Counted from the first letter of the stretch, positions 27,672-37,736 are shown. The stretch: DNA of 64,000 nt from Nanobdellota archaeon (GCA_038045945.1 JBBSXC010000001.1:75680-139679), one strand, 5' to 3'. Translations and numbers: made by a program. The notes: generated by a model from the sequence alone, not told the origin.

Positions 27672-29183
27672 ATGTCTAAAAAAGTTCCGAAGGATAAGAA
27701 GGTTTTAGAAGAAGCTGAGGAGAAAAAAGTTTTTGATAATGATGACTTAGTTCTTGATATGAAGTGTGGTATTGAGATTCATCAGCAGCTTAATACTAAT
27801 AAATTGTTTTGCAATTGTCCTTCTGTTCTTCGTGCGGATAATCCTGATTTTAAAGTTATGAGGAAGTTACACTTGGTTGCTGGTGAGGGTGGCGTTGTTG
27901 ATGCTGCTGCTGTTCATGAATCCAGTAAAGAAAAAACTTTTTTTTATGAGGGTTATAAGGATAATACTTGTCTTGTTGATTTGGATGAGGAGCCCCCTCA
28001 TGATATTAATAAGGATGCTCTTAAGACTGGAGTACAAGTTGCACTCATGCTTAATTGTGAAATTTTACCTTTAACTCAGATTATGCGTAAGACTGTTATT
28101 GATGGTAGTAATACTAGCGGTTTTCAAAGGACTGTTCTTATTGCTAGAAATGGTTATGTTCAGACTGATAGCGGCAAGGTTAGGATTGATTCTGTTTGTT
28201 TAGAGGAGGATTCTTCAAGAACTATTAGCGAGGATAAGGGTGTTAAGATTTATCGTCTTGATAGGTTAGGCATTCCGCTTGTTGAGATTGCTACAGCTCC
28301 TGATATTAAGTCTCCAGAACAGGCTAAGGAAGTTGCTTTGTTTATTGGTGATATTTTGCGTTCTTCTAATGTTAAGCGAGGTATCGGTACTATTCGTCAG
28401 GATGTTAATGTTTCTGCTTGTGTTAATGGTTTGTGGGGTAGTCGTGTTGAGATTAAGGGTGTTCAGGATCCTTCACTTATAGAAAAATCTGCGAGTATTG
28501 AGGTTGATAGACAGAAGACTTTGATTCTTGAGGGAAAATCTGTTGGTGAGGTAAGGAAAGCTAATGAGGATGGTACTAGTGATTTTTTAAGGCCTATGCC
28601 AGGTGCTGCTAGGATGTATCCTGAAACTGATCTTCCTCTTTTAAGGATTACTAGAGAAGAAATTAATGATTCTAAGAAGACTCTTCCTAAGCTTAAGTCT
28701 GCTATTAAGGGTGAACTTAGTAGTGCTGGTCTTAGTGATGAGATGATTAAGCTCGTTCTTGATAATAATAAGATTTCTGATTTGCAAGAATTACTTAAGG
28801 TTTATCAGAATCCTAATCTTATTGCTAAAATGCTTGTTTTGTGGCCTAGTGAAATTAGTAAGAAGACTAACGAAAAGTTAGATTCTTTGGATAAGAAGTT
28901 AACTCTTGATGTTTTAGAAACTGTTCTTTTTGCTATTAATACTAAGAAGCTTGATGAGAGTAACGCTAAAGAAGCCATTAGTAGGATTGTTTCGGGTATT
29001 CCTGTTAAGGATGCTATAATTTTCCATAAGACTGAGAACTTGGAAGAGTTGATTATGAAAATTGTTAATTCTAAGCCAGGTCTTTCTAAGCAAGGTTATA
29101 TGGGTTTGGTTATGGCTCAGCTTAGGGGTAAGGCTTCTGGTAAAGAAGTTATGGATGTTCTTAACACTTTAATAAAAGATTAA
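27672..29183 (+). CDS. gatE: Glu-tRNA(Gln) amidotransferase subunit E (short form)
   Basis: GIEIHQQL, DEEPPH, RK.VIDGSNTSGFQRT, LDRLGIPLVEI, RPMPGAARMYPETD. Confidence 0.95.
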   Translation: MSKKVPKDKKVLEEAEEKKVFDNDDLVLDMKCGIEIHQQLNTNKLFCNCPSVLRADNPDFKVMRKLHLVAGEGGVVDAAAVHESSKEKTFFYEGYKDNTCLVDLDEEPPHDINKDALKTGVQVALMLNCEILPLTQIMRKTVIDGSNTSGFQRTVLIARNGYVQTDSGKVRIDSVCLEEDSSRTISEDKGVKIYRLDRLGIPLVEIATAPDIKSPEQAKEVALFIGDILRSSNVKRGIGTIRQDVNVSACVNGLWGSRVEIKGVQDPSLIEKSASIEVDRQKTLILEGKSVGEVRKANEDGTSDFLRPMPGAARMYPETDLPLLRITREEINDSKKTLPKLKSAIKGELSSAGLSDEMIKLVLDNNKISDLQELLKVYQNPNLIAKMLVLWPSEISKKTNEKLDSLDKKLTLDVLETVLFAINTKKLDESNAKEAISRIVSGIPVKDAIIFHKTENLEELIMKIVNSKPGLSKQGYMGLVMAQLRGKASGKEVMDVLNTLIKD

Positions 29184-29202
29184 ACAACACCCAACTATTT
29201 TT

Positions 29203-29316
29203 TTAGTGAAGTGTTGTTGAAAGAAAATAAGATACTAAGAACACTAACATCCCTAGTATTATAAGTGCTGATGCTATAGTTTTTGCTGTGAAGAAGCGAA
29301 ATTCTTTTTGACTCAT
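29203..29316 (-). CDS. 37-aa single-TM small protein (absent from the ORF track)
   Basis: MSQKEFRFFTAKTIASALIILGMLVFLVSYFLSTTLH; TTTTATA upstream. Confidence 0.5.
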   Translation of the reverse strand: MSQKEFRFFTAKTIASALIILGMLVFLVSYFLSTTLH

Positions 29317-29446
29317 AAATTAGTAATGTTTAAACTTCTATAAAAATAGTTGTGGTCTAAAAAAATACAAAAATTGAAACGTAACAAAAATACTTTTTTT
29401 TGAGATACAACAAAGATTAATAAATATGGTTCACTAATATTTTTTT

Positions 29447-29854
29447 ATGCCTAAGCTTAATCGACCTATTCATTTTGAGATTCAGGGTGAGAATCCTGAA
29501 AAACTTGCTAAGTTTTATTCTGATGTTTTTGGTTGGGTTATTAAGAAGTGGGATAGTCCTGATATGGATTATTGGATGATTATGACTGATGATAAGGATA
29601 GTAATAATCCTGGTATTAATGGCGGTCTTCTTAAGAGGCCTTGTCCTGCTCCTGCTTTAGAACAAGGCACTAATGCTTTTACTTGTACTATGAATGTTGA
29701 AAGCGTTGATGATATGATTAAGAAGGTCGTTAAGCATGGTGGTAAGATTGCTATGCCTAAGTTTGCTATTGCTGATATGGCCTGGCAAGCTTACTGTGTT
29801 GATCCGGAGAATAATGTTTTTGGTCTTCATGAAGAATTCAAAAAGGTTAAGTGA
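29447..29854 (+). CDS. VOC/glyoxalase family protein
   Basis: HFEI, FY..VFGW, GINGG, DPENN.FG. Confidence 0.9.
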   Translation: MPKLNRPIHFEIQGENPEKLAKFYSDVFGWVIKKWDSPDMDYWMIMTDDKDSNNPGINGGLLKRPCPAPALEQGTNAFTCTMNVESVDDMIKKVVKHGGKIAMPKFAIADMAWQAYCVDPENNVFGLHEEFKKVK

Positions 29855-29899
29855 TTCTGCTACAATAATATTTTTAAGCTAGCTTTGCAGTGATTAATT

Positions 29900-30259
29900 A
29901 TGATAGCGCTTTATGATCCTTTGAAGAAGGAGTTAGGATTCTATATTGATGAAAAAAGAGAATCTGCCAGGTCATATCTTGAGGGTCCATTAATTGTTAA
30001 AGGAATGGAGAATGATGGAGTTTTAAGAAGAGCCGCAATAAGTTTTCCTCGTGATGCTATGTATAGCGAATTTCAAACTAATTCAGAATTTTTTTCTGAC
30101 AAGCCTCGCGAACTAACTCAGGTAAGTCTTACATTAACTCCTTGGGCTAGAACAAGACTTGATGAAAAAAAGGCGATTATTCCAGTGAAAAATCCGGGTA
30201 TAGAGGTGATTGTTAGTTTAGAGCCTGATATGAGTTTATTATCATCATCTGCCGCTTAA
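29900..30259 (+). CDS. hypothetical protein
   Basis: 119-aa ORF with TTTTAA upstream. Confidence 0.55.
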   Translation: MIALYDPLKKELGFYIDEKRESARSYLEGPLIVKGMENDGVLRRAAISFPRDAMYSEFQTNSEFFSDKPRELTQVSLTLTPWARTRLDEKKAIIPVKNPGIEVIVSLEPDMSLLSSSAA

Positions 30260-30324
30260 GGGGCAGGCTAGTAATAATTCTTAAATCATAATCTTAATAA
30301 ACCCGTTCTTGTAATATTATAACT

Positions 30325-31599
30325 ATGGAAAGAAAAATGATTAGCGATTTGAAGGAGGGCGAGCATTCTTTGATTAAGGGTTGGGTTCATGAAATTCGTG
30401 ATTTGTCTAAGATGAAGTTTATTCTACTTAGGGATTCTTCGGGTATTGTCCAGTGCATTATTAAGGATGATAAGTTGATGAAGGATTCTTCTAGCATTAG
30501 TTTGGAGAGCGTTATTGAGATTGAAGGAGCGGTGAATAAGGCTTCTGTTAAGGCTGATCTTGCTCGTAAAGATGTTGAACTTCATGCTAAGTCTATTAAG
30601 ATTCTTAGTTTGGCTGAAACTTTACCTATTCAAGTTAATGAAAAAACAATAACTACTGAATTACCAACAAGGCTTGATCATCGTTCTTTAGATGTTAGGA
30701 AGCCTAAAATTTCAGCTATTTTTAAGATTCAGAGTGAAATAGCTAATTCTTTCAGAAAGTTTTTTTATAAGAATGGTTTTACTGAGATTCAACCACCTTT
30801 TATTATTGGAGCAGCAAGCGAGGGTGGAAGTGAAGTTTTTGAGGTTAAATATTTTGATAAGAAGGCTTACTTAGCTCAAAGTCCTCAATTGTATAAACAA
30901 ATGATGGCTTGTGCTTTTGAGAAAGTTTTTGCTTTAGGCCCTGCTTGGAGAGCAGAGAAGCATAATACTACTAGACACATTAATGAGATAAGGCAAATGG
31001 ATGTAGAAGTAGCCTTCACCGACCAAATGCAAATAATGAAGTTGCAAGAGGAGGTTTTACAATTCATAATTCAGAACGTTAAAGAAAGATGTTCAAGAGA
31101 ACTAGAAATATTGGGAAGAAGTGATATAAAAGCTCCTAAGGGTGTATACTTACATTATGAGGATGCTATTAAGAAGTCTGGTGGAAAAATTGGTGAGGAT
31201 TTTACTCCTGAACAGGAAAGGAAGCTTTGTGACATGTACCCTGGGGACATAGTGTTTACTCATTCTTGGCCTACAAGCATTAAAGTTTTTTATATAATGC
31301 CTAAGGATGGTAAGAAGAATGCTACTGAAAGTTGTGGTTTTGATTCTTTGTATGGCGGCGTTGAGATTTCTAGTGGTGGTCAACGTATTCACATTCCAGA
31401 ATTATTAATTGATAGGATTAAAGCTAAGGGTTTGAACCCTAAAGATTTTAAAACTTATATTGATAGTTTCCGTTACGGTGCTCCACCTCATAGCGGTTGG
31501 GCTTTAGGTCTTGAAAGACTTACCCAAATGATTTGCGGTCTTGATAATATTAAAGAAGCAACATTATTCCCTAGAGACAGGGATAGGTTGACACCTTAG
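30325..31599 (+). CDS. aspS: aspartyl-tRNA synthetase (archaeal type)
   Basis: OB domain, LAQSPQLYKQ, WRAEKHNT.RH, EISSGGQRIH, YGAPPH.G..LGLERL, FPRDRDRLTP. Confidence 0.93.
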   Translation: MERKMISDLKEGEHSLIKGWVHEIRDLSKMKFILLRDSSGIVQCIIKDDKLMKDSSSISLESVIEIEGAVNKASVKADLARKDVELHAKSIKILSLAETLPIQVNEKTITTELPTRLDHRSLDVRKPKISAIFKIQSEIANSFRKFFYKNGFTEIQPPFIIGAASEGGSEVFEVKYFDKKAYLAQSPQLYKQMMACAFEKVFALGPAWRAEKHNTTRHINEIRQMDVEVAFTDQMQIMKLQEEVLQFIIQNVKERCSRELEILGRSDIKAPKGVYLHYEDAIKKSGGKIGEDFTPEQERKLCDMYPGDIVFTHSWPTSIKVFYIMPKDGKKNATESCGFDSLYGGVEISSGGQRIHIPELLIDRIKAKGLNPKDFKTYIDSFRYGAPPHSGWALGLERLTQMICGLDNIKEATLFPRDRDRLTP

Positions 31600-31603
31600 A
31601 ACC

Positions 31604-32938
31604 ATGGTTAAAAAAGTAGAAAAAGTTTCTGTTGATACTCACAGCGAATCATTCATTAGTATTTCTGATGCTATCAAGCAAGGTTCTGGTCGTGTTTCTA
31701 TTAGAGGTTGGGTTTATCGTGAGAGGGATGGAAAAGAATTAAGATTCATAGTCCTAAGAGACTCAAGTAATATAATACAGTGCGTGTTGAAAAAGGAAAA
31801 GTTTGAAAAACAATGGGGAGAGATAAGTAAAATAGGAATTGAAAGCTCACTAGAAATAGTTGGGGAAATAAAAGCAGACGCTCGAGCACCAACAGGTTAC
31901 GAAATATCAGCAGAAAAAATAATAATAGTGCAAATAGCTGAGGATTTCCCCATTAACAAAGATTTGAACGAGGAGTTGCTTGGAGACAGAAGGCATTTGT
32001 GGCTTCGTAGTAGAAAGATGACTTCTATTATGAAGATTAGAAGCAGGTATATACAGGCTAGAGAAGCATTCTTTCATAAAGAGGGATTTTATCGTTTTGA
32101 TACTCCTATACTTCAACCAACACAAAGCGAAGGTGGAAGTACAGTTTTTGAAGTAAAATATTATGATAAAAAAACGTTTTTAGCCCAAACATGGCAGTTA
32201 TACGGCGAATCAGCAATTTTCGCTCTTGAAAAAGTTTACAATATGGGTCCAACTTTCAGGGCTGAGAAGAGTAATACTTCAAGACATTTATCTGAATTTT
32301 GGATGGCAGAAGTAGAAGTGGCCTGGTGGGGTCTTAAAGAAATATCTGAGTTTGCAAAAAAAGAATTAAAACATTGTATAAGCATAGTGGTAAAAGAATG
32401 TGAGGAAGAGTTTAAGATATTAGGAGTGGATGCAAAAAAATTGTTAGAGATGACAAAGAAAGAGTGGCCTACAATTAAGTATCGTGATGCACTAAAATTA
32501 ATAAAAGAAAAAGATGGGATGACAGTACCGTTCGGCAAGGATTTAAGGACAATTGAAGAACAAACAATAATGAAACATTTTGATACTCCTGTTGTTGTTA
32601 CTCATTATCCTAAAGAAATAATGGCTTTTTATAAGCCGAGTGACCCAAAAAGTCCTGATGAAGCATTATGCTTTGATATGTTAGCTCCACAGATAGGCAT
32701 AGAGATAGTTGGAGGAAGCCAAAGAGACTTGAATGTTGAGGAGATGTCAAAAAAACTAAAAGCTGATGGTGAAGACCCAAAAAATTATCAGTTTTATTTT
32801 GATACTAGGAAGTATGGAAGTGTGCCTCATTCAGGATACGGAGTAGGAATCGAGAGGGTAATACAGTGGATTTGTGGTCTTGAAAGTATTAAGGATGCTA
32901 TTGCCTTCCCTAGGACTATGAATAGGACAACTCCTTAA
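31604..32938 (+). CDS. asnS: asparaginyl-tRNA synthetase
   Basis: RHLWLRS, QLYGE, PTFRAEKS.TSRHLSEFW, EIVGGSQR, YGSVPHSG.G.GIER. Confidence 0.93.
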   Translation: MVKKVEKVSVDTHSESFISISDAIKQGSGRVSIRGWVYRERDGKELRFIVLRDSSNIIQCVLKKEKFEKQWGEISKIGIESSLEIVGEIKADARAPTGYEISAEKIIIVQIAEDFPINKDLNEELLGDRRHLWLRSRKMTSIMKIRSRYIQAREAFFHKEGFYRFDTPILQPTQSEGGSTVFEVKYYDKKTFLAQTWQLYGESAIFALEKVYNMGPTFRAEKSNTSRHLSEFWMAEVEVAWWGLKEISEFAKKELKHCISIVVKECEEEFKILGVDAKKLLEMTKKEWPTIKYRDALKLIKEKDGMTVPFGKDLRTIEEQTIMKHFDTPVVVTHYPKEIMAFYKPSDPKSPDEALCFDMLAPQIGIEIVGGSQRDLNVEEMSKKLKADGEDPKNYQFYFDTRKYGSVPHSGYGVGIERVIQWICGLESIKDAIAFPRTMNRTTP

Positions 32939-33041
32939 ATAATTGCGATAATTACTAAAAAGATTATGAGTGCGCCTTAATGATTGATCAGTATAGTTTG
33001 TTTCAGCAATTCTTAAATAACGTTCTAACAACTAATTTTTT

Positions 33042-33845
33042 ATGAAGAGACGTTATTTTCCTTTGACTCGTGGTAAAAGGTTGAGGGAAGCAAATTTTGA
33101 TTCCACTTGGGATAGTTATCTTAAAGGTAGAAGCGATTATGATCGTAATGCTTTGGTAGAGCATTATATGCCTTTAGTTGATGATGTTATTAATTCTTTA
33201 ATTAGGACTTTGCCCCCTTATATTGATGTTCAAGAGTTGTCAGGTCCTGGGAATATGGGTCTTCTTCAAGCAGTTATTAATTGTGATTCTAAAAAACTAA
33301 CAGTTTTTGATCATTATGCTAGGAAGAGAATAAAGGGTTCTGTTCTTGATCATTTGAGAAGTTTAGACTTTATGCCTAGGACTAGAAGAATATTTTTGAA
33401 GAAGTCAAAGAAGGCTGAGTTAAATCTCAATAATAAGCTTGGTAGAAAATGCACTGATGAGGAATTATGTAAATATATGGGTATGAGTTATGATGATTAT
33501 TATAAGAAGATGTCTGAGGCTCGCGAAGTTGAGAGTTTGGAGTATGATGATTTTGGTACAGAAACAGCCTCTAATGATTTGAGAAGAAGGAGACTTTTAT
33601 TAGAAGATTTAGATTTAGATCCTCAAATAGCAACTACTCTAAGAGAAGTTTCTAGTATAGCCAGGGATAATCTTTCTGATGAAGATTATAAGATGCTAAC
33701 TTTAAGAATGGAGAATAGAGGTAATGAGGAGATAGGTATAAGTATTCGTGGTTTAGCTCCTTCCACAATTTGTGCTAGATTAAGAAAAGCGGTTTATCCT
33801 TGTATTAAGGAGAAATTGGGTGAAGGTTATGAAGAAGCAGCATAA
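33042..33845 (+). CDS. FliA/WhiG (sigma-28)-like RNA polymerase sigma factor homolog
   Basis: RNALVEHYMPLV (region 2.1), LPPYIDVQEL...G.MGLLQA (2.2), F..YA.KRIKGS.LD.LRSLDF.PR (2.3/2.4), LGR..TDEEL...MG (region 3), divergent region 4 HTH. Confidence 0.85.
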   Translation: MKRRYFPLTRGKRLREANFDSTWDSYLKGRSDYDRNALVEHYMPLVDDVINSLIRTLPPYIDVQELSGPGNMGLLQAVINCDSKKLTVFDHYARKRIKGSVLDHLRSLDFMPRTRRIFLKKSKKAELNLNNKLGRKCTDEELCKYMGMSYDDYYKKMSEAREVESLEYDDFGTETASNDLRRRRLLLEDLDLDPQIATTLREVSSIARDNLSDEDYKMLTLRMENRGNEEIGISIRGLAPSTICARLRKAVYPCIKEKLGEGYEEAA

Positions 33846-34653
33846 ATTAGGAGTTTTTCTTGAAGGTGGTGGCATTAAGACTTTTTATGGAGGTGGAGTT
33901 ATTGATCAATTAAAGGCTTTTGGGATAAAGCCCGATTATTATGCTGGCATAAGTGCTTCTGCTGGTACAATATTTGGTAACATTTTTTCTTGTAGTGAAG
34001 AAATAATTGATATTTTTGGTAAGAGGTGTGATAATAATAAGAAAAACTTTTATTTCTTTAGAAAGCCTCACTTTCCTCATAACCATATGATGGAGAATTC
34101 TCTTATAAAAATTTTTGATAAGCACATAAAGAATCCTAATTCTAAATCAGAATTCAAAATTATTGCCGGAATAACGAATAATAACTATTCTTGGGTTAAG
34201 ACCCATTTGGTTCTTTATTTGATGATAATGAAAAATCTTCTTCGCATAAACCTCTTTGATTATTTCAGAAAAATGTTTTCTGTTAAAGAATCAAGTATTA
34301 CCTCTGATGATAACTTAGATAAAAAAGTTATTGTTAATTTTATTATGGGTTCTTCAAGCATCTATCCTTTCATCAAACCCCATTATCATGATGGTAAACT
34401 CTTGCTCGAGGCTAATTGTTTAGATCTAGATTACCAGAATTGTCTAAGTAATTGTGATAAAGGTATAATAATTCATAATTCTACTGGTAAAAGTTTTGTT
34501 AATGGTAAATTTTTACATGTTTATTCTTCTACTAGTTTGCCCAGTAACATTTTAGATTATACTAGCAAAGAAAAGCTTGTTAGTTTAAGAAAAGTTGGTA
34601 TGCTAGAGGTAAAAAAGCAGAAATTTTTTGTTGAAAAGTTTATTTCTTCTTAA
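33829..34653 (+). CDS. patatin-like phospholipase
   Basis: EGGGIK oxyanion motif, GISAS nucleophile elbow, SSSIYPF; DGG motif replaced by EAN; overlaps the sigma gene end. Confidence 0.7.
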   Translation: MKKQHKLGVFLEGGGIKTFYGGGVIDQLKAFGIKPDYYAGISASAGTIFGNIFSCSEEIIDIFGKRCDNNKKNFYFFRKPHFPHNHMMENSLIKIFDKHIKNPNSKSEFKIIAGITNNNYSWVKTHLVLYLMIMKNLLRINLFDYFRKMFSVKESSITSDDNLDKKVIVNFIMGSSSIYPFIKPHYHDGKLLLEANCLDLDYQNCLSNCDKGIIIHNSTGKSFVNGKFLHVYSSTSLPSNILDYTSKEKLVSLRKVGMLEVKKQKFFVEKFISS

Positions 34654-34721
34654 TTTTCTCTTCGTTCTTGTCAACTTCTTGTATCTTTTAAGTGGTAATG
34701 TACAGTTTATTAAAAAAAGTG

Positions 34722-34739
34722 TCGTCGATTTATCGACGA
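34722..34739. promoter_or_regulatory. perfect inverted repeat upstream of ftsZ
   Basis: TCGTCGAT-TT-ATCGACGA. Confidence 0.45.
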
Positions 34740-34964
34740 TAAAACAACGTAGCTATAGGGTAAAAATATATAAAGAAGAAGTGCTTCGTGTTTGTATTAA
34801 TTTGACCCGCCAAGATTAAATTAATACCGTTCGTTTAATGAAGAGTATTTCTTAAGAGTTATTTGTAACTCTTTTTATTAATAGGATAAAGAACAAACAA
34901 GTATTTAAACTTGCCGTTTTATATTCTATCTAACAACACAAAAAGGAGGATACAAAAAAAGAAA

Positions 34965-36038
34965 ATGTTAAATTTTGCGGAAGAGGCGATTAAGAATTCT
35001 GCTGCTTACAGCATCAACTTTGATGAACTTAAAGCCGGAAAAGCCAATATCAAGGTTTTCGGTTGTGGTGGAGCTGGTTGTAATATGATTACATGGCTCT
35101 TCAATAAGGGTATCAATGGTGCTACTGTTTATGGTTTGAACACTGATGCACTTCACCTTAGTATTACTAAGGCTGATGAAAAAATCTTAATAGGTAAGGA
35201 ACTTACTAGAGGTCTTGGATGTGGTGGTTTTCCTGCTAAAGGAAGAGAAGCTGCTAAAGAGTCAATCTCTGATATTAAGAAGGGTGTTAGTGGTGCAGAC
35301 ATGGTCTTCGTTCTTGCTGGTATGGGTGGAGGTACAGGTACTGGTTCAGCACCTGTTGTTGCTCAACTTGCTAAGGAAGCTGGCTCAGTAGTTATTGGTG
35401 TTGTCACTATGCCTTGGGAGATGGAGAAGGCTAGAATTGACAAAGCAGAATTTGGACTTCAGGAGCTTAGAGATGCAACGGACACTACAATTGTCCTTGA
35501 CAATAACAGGCTTACTGATATTGCTGGTAATTTGCCTATTGAGCAAGCATTCGCTGTTGCTAATGAACTGGTTAGTACAATGATTAAGGGAATAGTGGAA
35601 ACTATTACTCTCCCATCATTAATCAACCTGGACTATGCAGACGTTTCGGCCATCATGAAGGGTGGTGACGTTGCTGTCATTGGTATTGGTGAAAGCGACA
35701 CTCAGAATAGAGTAGATGAAGCTGTTCGTCAAGCATTGACTCACCCATTACTGGATGTTGACTATAGGGGCGCTACTGGTGCTCTTGTTCACATTAGTGG
35801 TGGTACTGACTTAAAGCTTGAAGAATTTAGTAATATTGGTATGTTAGTTACTGAAAACCTTTCACCAGATGCTCAAGTGATCATCGGTGCGAGAATCAAC
35901 AAGGATTTTGCAGGTAAAGTAAGAGTTATTACCATCATGACTGGTGTTAAGAGCCCTTATGTTCTTGGCAAACAAAGAACTAACTCCTATGAGTCTAGCT
36001 CAGAGATGTCAGAGCTTGGAATAGAGGTTTTAAGATAA
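34965..36038 (+). CDS. ftsZ: cell division protein FtsZ (likely FtsZ2 type)
   Basis: [31 protein letters not shown]; AGGAGG before ATG 34965. Confidence 0.96.
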   Translation: MLNFAEEAIKNSAAYSINFDELKAGKANIKVFGCGGAGCNMITWLFNKGINGATVYGLNTDALHLSITKADEKILIGKELTRGLGCGGFPAKGREAAKESISDIKKGVSGADMVFVLAGMGGGTGTGSAPVVAQLAKEAGSVVIGVVTMPWEMEKARIDKAEFGLQELRDATDTTIVLDNNRLTDIAGNLPIEQAFAVANELVSTMIKGIVETITLPSLINLDYADVSAIMKGGDVAVIGIGESDTQNRVDEAVRQALTHPLLDVDYRGATGALVHISGGTDLKLEEFSNIGMLVTENLSPDAQVIIGARINKDFAGKVRVITIMTGVKSPYVLGKQRTNSYESSSEMSELGIEVLR

Positions 36039-36095
36039 TAGTTTCCAAATTATTATCATACTCCAGTATTCGGCAAGCTCATGATTTGTTTTTTT

Positions 36096-36153
36096 GAGGA
36101 TCCGCCCATAAGGGAAGCGTTTCGCGACGCGTCCTAAGGGATTGGGCGGCCTC
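36096..36153. ncRNA. GC-rich stem-loop downstream of ftsZ (ncRNA or terminator)
   Basis: GAGG/CCTC, CCGCCCA/TGGGCGG and GCGT/ACGC stems, with T runs on both sides on the + strand. Confidence 0.5.
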
Positions 36154-36213
36154 CATTTTTTTATGTTTTATGGCTGCAAGTATGAAAGGTTTTTTAGGCT
36201 ACTAGTCTTTTTT

Positions 36214-36726
36214 TTAGAATATTTTTATTAATGTGTTGCTGAAGTATCCTGTGTTTGAGCAGTGGTATACTTTGTGTGTTACTTGATTTAGATTTCCGTA
36301 ATAGATTAAGTTGTTTTTTTCTAATAATTCATCGTTTTCTTTTGCGTATTTTACTTGTGGTGGTTTGAACTTTTCTGGTTTGTAGCCTAAACATTCTTGG
36401 AATGCTTTTATTCCTTCATTCATTTCTTCTTGTGTTCTTTGTGTTTCGAATTCTCTATAAGTATGGCGTATTCCGTGCAGCCCTAATGTTTTATTGAAGC
36501 TTTTAATGTAGTTGCACCATTGTGTGTTATTTGCTATTGACTGGTTTTGGTATAGTGGTATAATCCATAAAACATCGCTTTTTCTTATTAGTTCTTCATC
36601 GCATTGTATTAGTGGGTTTAGATCGTCTAACTCTGCTCGGTTTATTAGTCTGATTGTAAATAATGCTAATATCAGTATTAGTATAGTAGCTGTTGTTATT
36701 ATCAATCCCTTTTTTGTTTTGTTCAT
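36214..36726 (-). CDS. DUF2334/polysaccharide deacetylase-like protein
   Basis: N-terminal TM, LDD, GLHG..H...EF, F.PP. Confidence 0.7.
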   Translation of the reverse strand: MNKTKKGLIITTATILILILALFTIRLINRAELDDLNPLIQCDEELIRKSDVLWIIPLYQNQSIANNTQWCNYIKSFNKTLGLHGIRHTYREFETQRTQEEMNEGIKAFQECLGYKPEKFKPPQVKYAKENDELLEKNNLIYYGNLNQVTHKVYHCSNTGYFSNTLIKIF

Positions 36727-36736
36727 TAGAAAGAAT

Positions 36737-37288
36737 TTATTGTCTTTTGTTCTTATCCCATTCTTCAAAGTATAGTGTGTCTTCTATTTTTGGTTTCGCT
36801 GTCGCTTTTTTTCTGTCTCCTAACTTTACTGGTGCTTCGTAACCTATTGGTATTATTGCTTCCACTTCTACTTCTTTTGGTATTTTTAGTAATCTTTTTA
36901 TTATTCTGTCTGAGAAGTGTCCTATCCAACAACTTGCCATTCCTGCTTCACTTATTGCTAGTAGCATGTTGTTTATTGCTGCTCCTGCTTCTTGGTGTGC
37001 GAACATTTCTCCTTTTTTTTCAAAGTTTCTTAATAGTTGTTCTTTTCGCGAGCATACGACTATTATTGCTGATACATCTGCCAGGAATCCTTGTTGGCAT
37101 GCGTCTGCTATTTGCATAATCTTTTTTTGTTCGCTTACTATTATGTAGTTTAGTGTTGGTATGTTTCCTGCTAGTGGTACTTGGTTTGCGTAGTCTATTA
37201 TTTCTGCTACTTCTTTCCAACTCACAGTTTTTTCTTTTATGTATGATCTTACTGATTTTCTCTTTTTTAATAAGTCGTAAAAATTCAT
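36737..37288 (-). CDS. nitroreductase family protein
   Basis: KRKSVRSY, P.AGN, A..NMLLA....GMASCWIG, IPIGY. Confidence 0.9.
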   Translation of the reverse strand: MNFYDLLKKRKSVRSYIKEKTVSWKEVAEIIDYANQVPLAGNIPTLNYIIVSEQKKIMQIADACQQGFLADVSAIIVVCSRKEQLLRNFEKKGEMFAHQEAGAAINNMLLAISEAGMASCWIGHFSDRIIKRLLKIPKEVEVEAIIPIGYEAPVKLGDRKKATAKPKIEDTLYFEEWDKNKRQ

Positions 37289-37364
37289 ATAATGAGTATG
37301 TTTGGCAGGTATAAAAACTTTGAGATGCATTTTGTTAAGCACTTCTAAACCTCAAGAACTTTTT

Positions 37365-37736
37365 TTATAATATGTCGGCTCTGTCTATTTGTTCAAGAGT
37401 ACTTTTAAGTGTTGCATCCAGGTCTTTTGCGTTAACACGGTTATTTCTAACAATCAACTTTTTTGCTTCTGCAAGGTTTCTTTCTGCTTCTTTCCATAAG
37501 CCTTTACTTAGTGATGCGCCTTCAAATGTTCCTACGTAGAAGTCTCTTCTGAGCCCGCCAGTCATACCCCTTCTTCTTTCTACTTCTGTTACAACAACGT
37601 TTGTGTTAGTTCCCTCATAGTTTGCTATGTAGAAGTTATGGTTTGCGTCATCATCACTTATAGTCATATTCGGTTCTTCACCATTAATTCCTGCTCTTCT
37701 CAGCGTTTCTGCCTTAGCGTATCCTGTTAGTGTCAT
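37365..37736 (-). CDS. hypothetical protein
   Basis: 123-aa ORF with TATA-like element upstream. Confidence 0.55.
   Translation of the reverse strand: MTLTGYAKAETLRRAGINGEEPNMTISDDDANHNFYIANYEGTNTNVVVTEVERRRGMTGGLRRDFYVGTFEGASLSKGLWKEAERNLAEAKKLIVRNNRVNAKDLDATLKSTLEQIDRADIL

Noticed and set aside
32935-32960. Sigma-28 promoter (TAAA...GCGATAA) upstream of the sigma gene
   Set aside because: Spacing is about 5 nt rather than 15; a TATA box explains the promoter
34628-34819. 63-aa ORF upstream of ftsZ
   Set aside because: Non-ATG start inside the patatin gene and no recognisable motif
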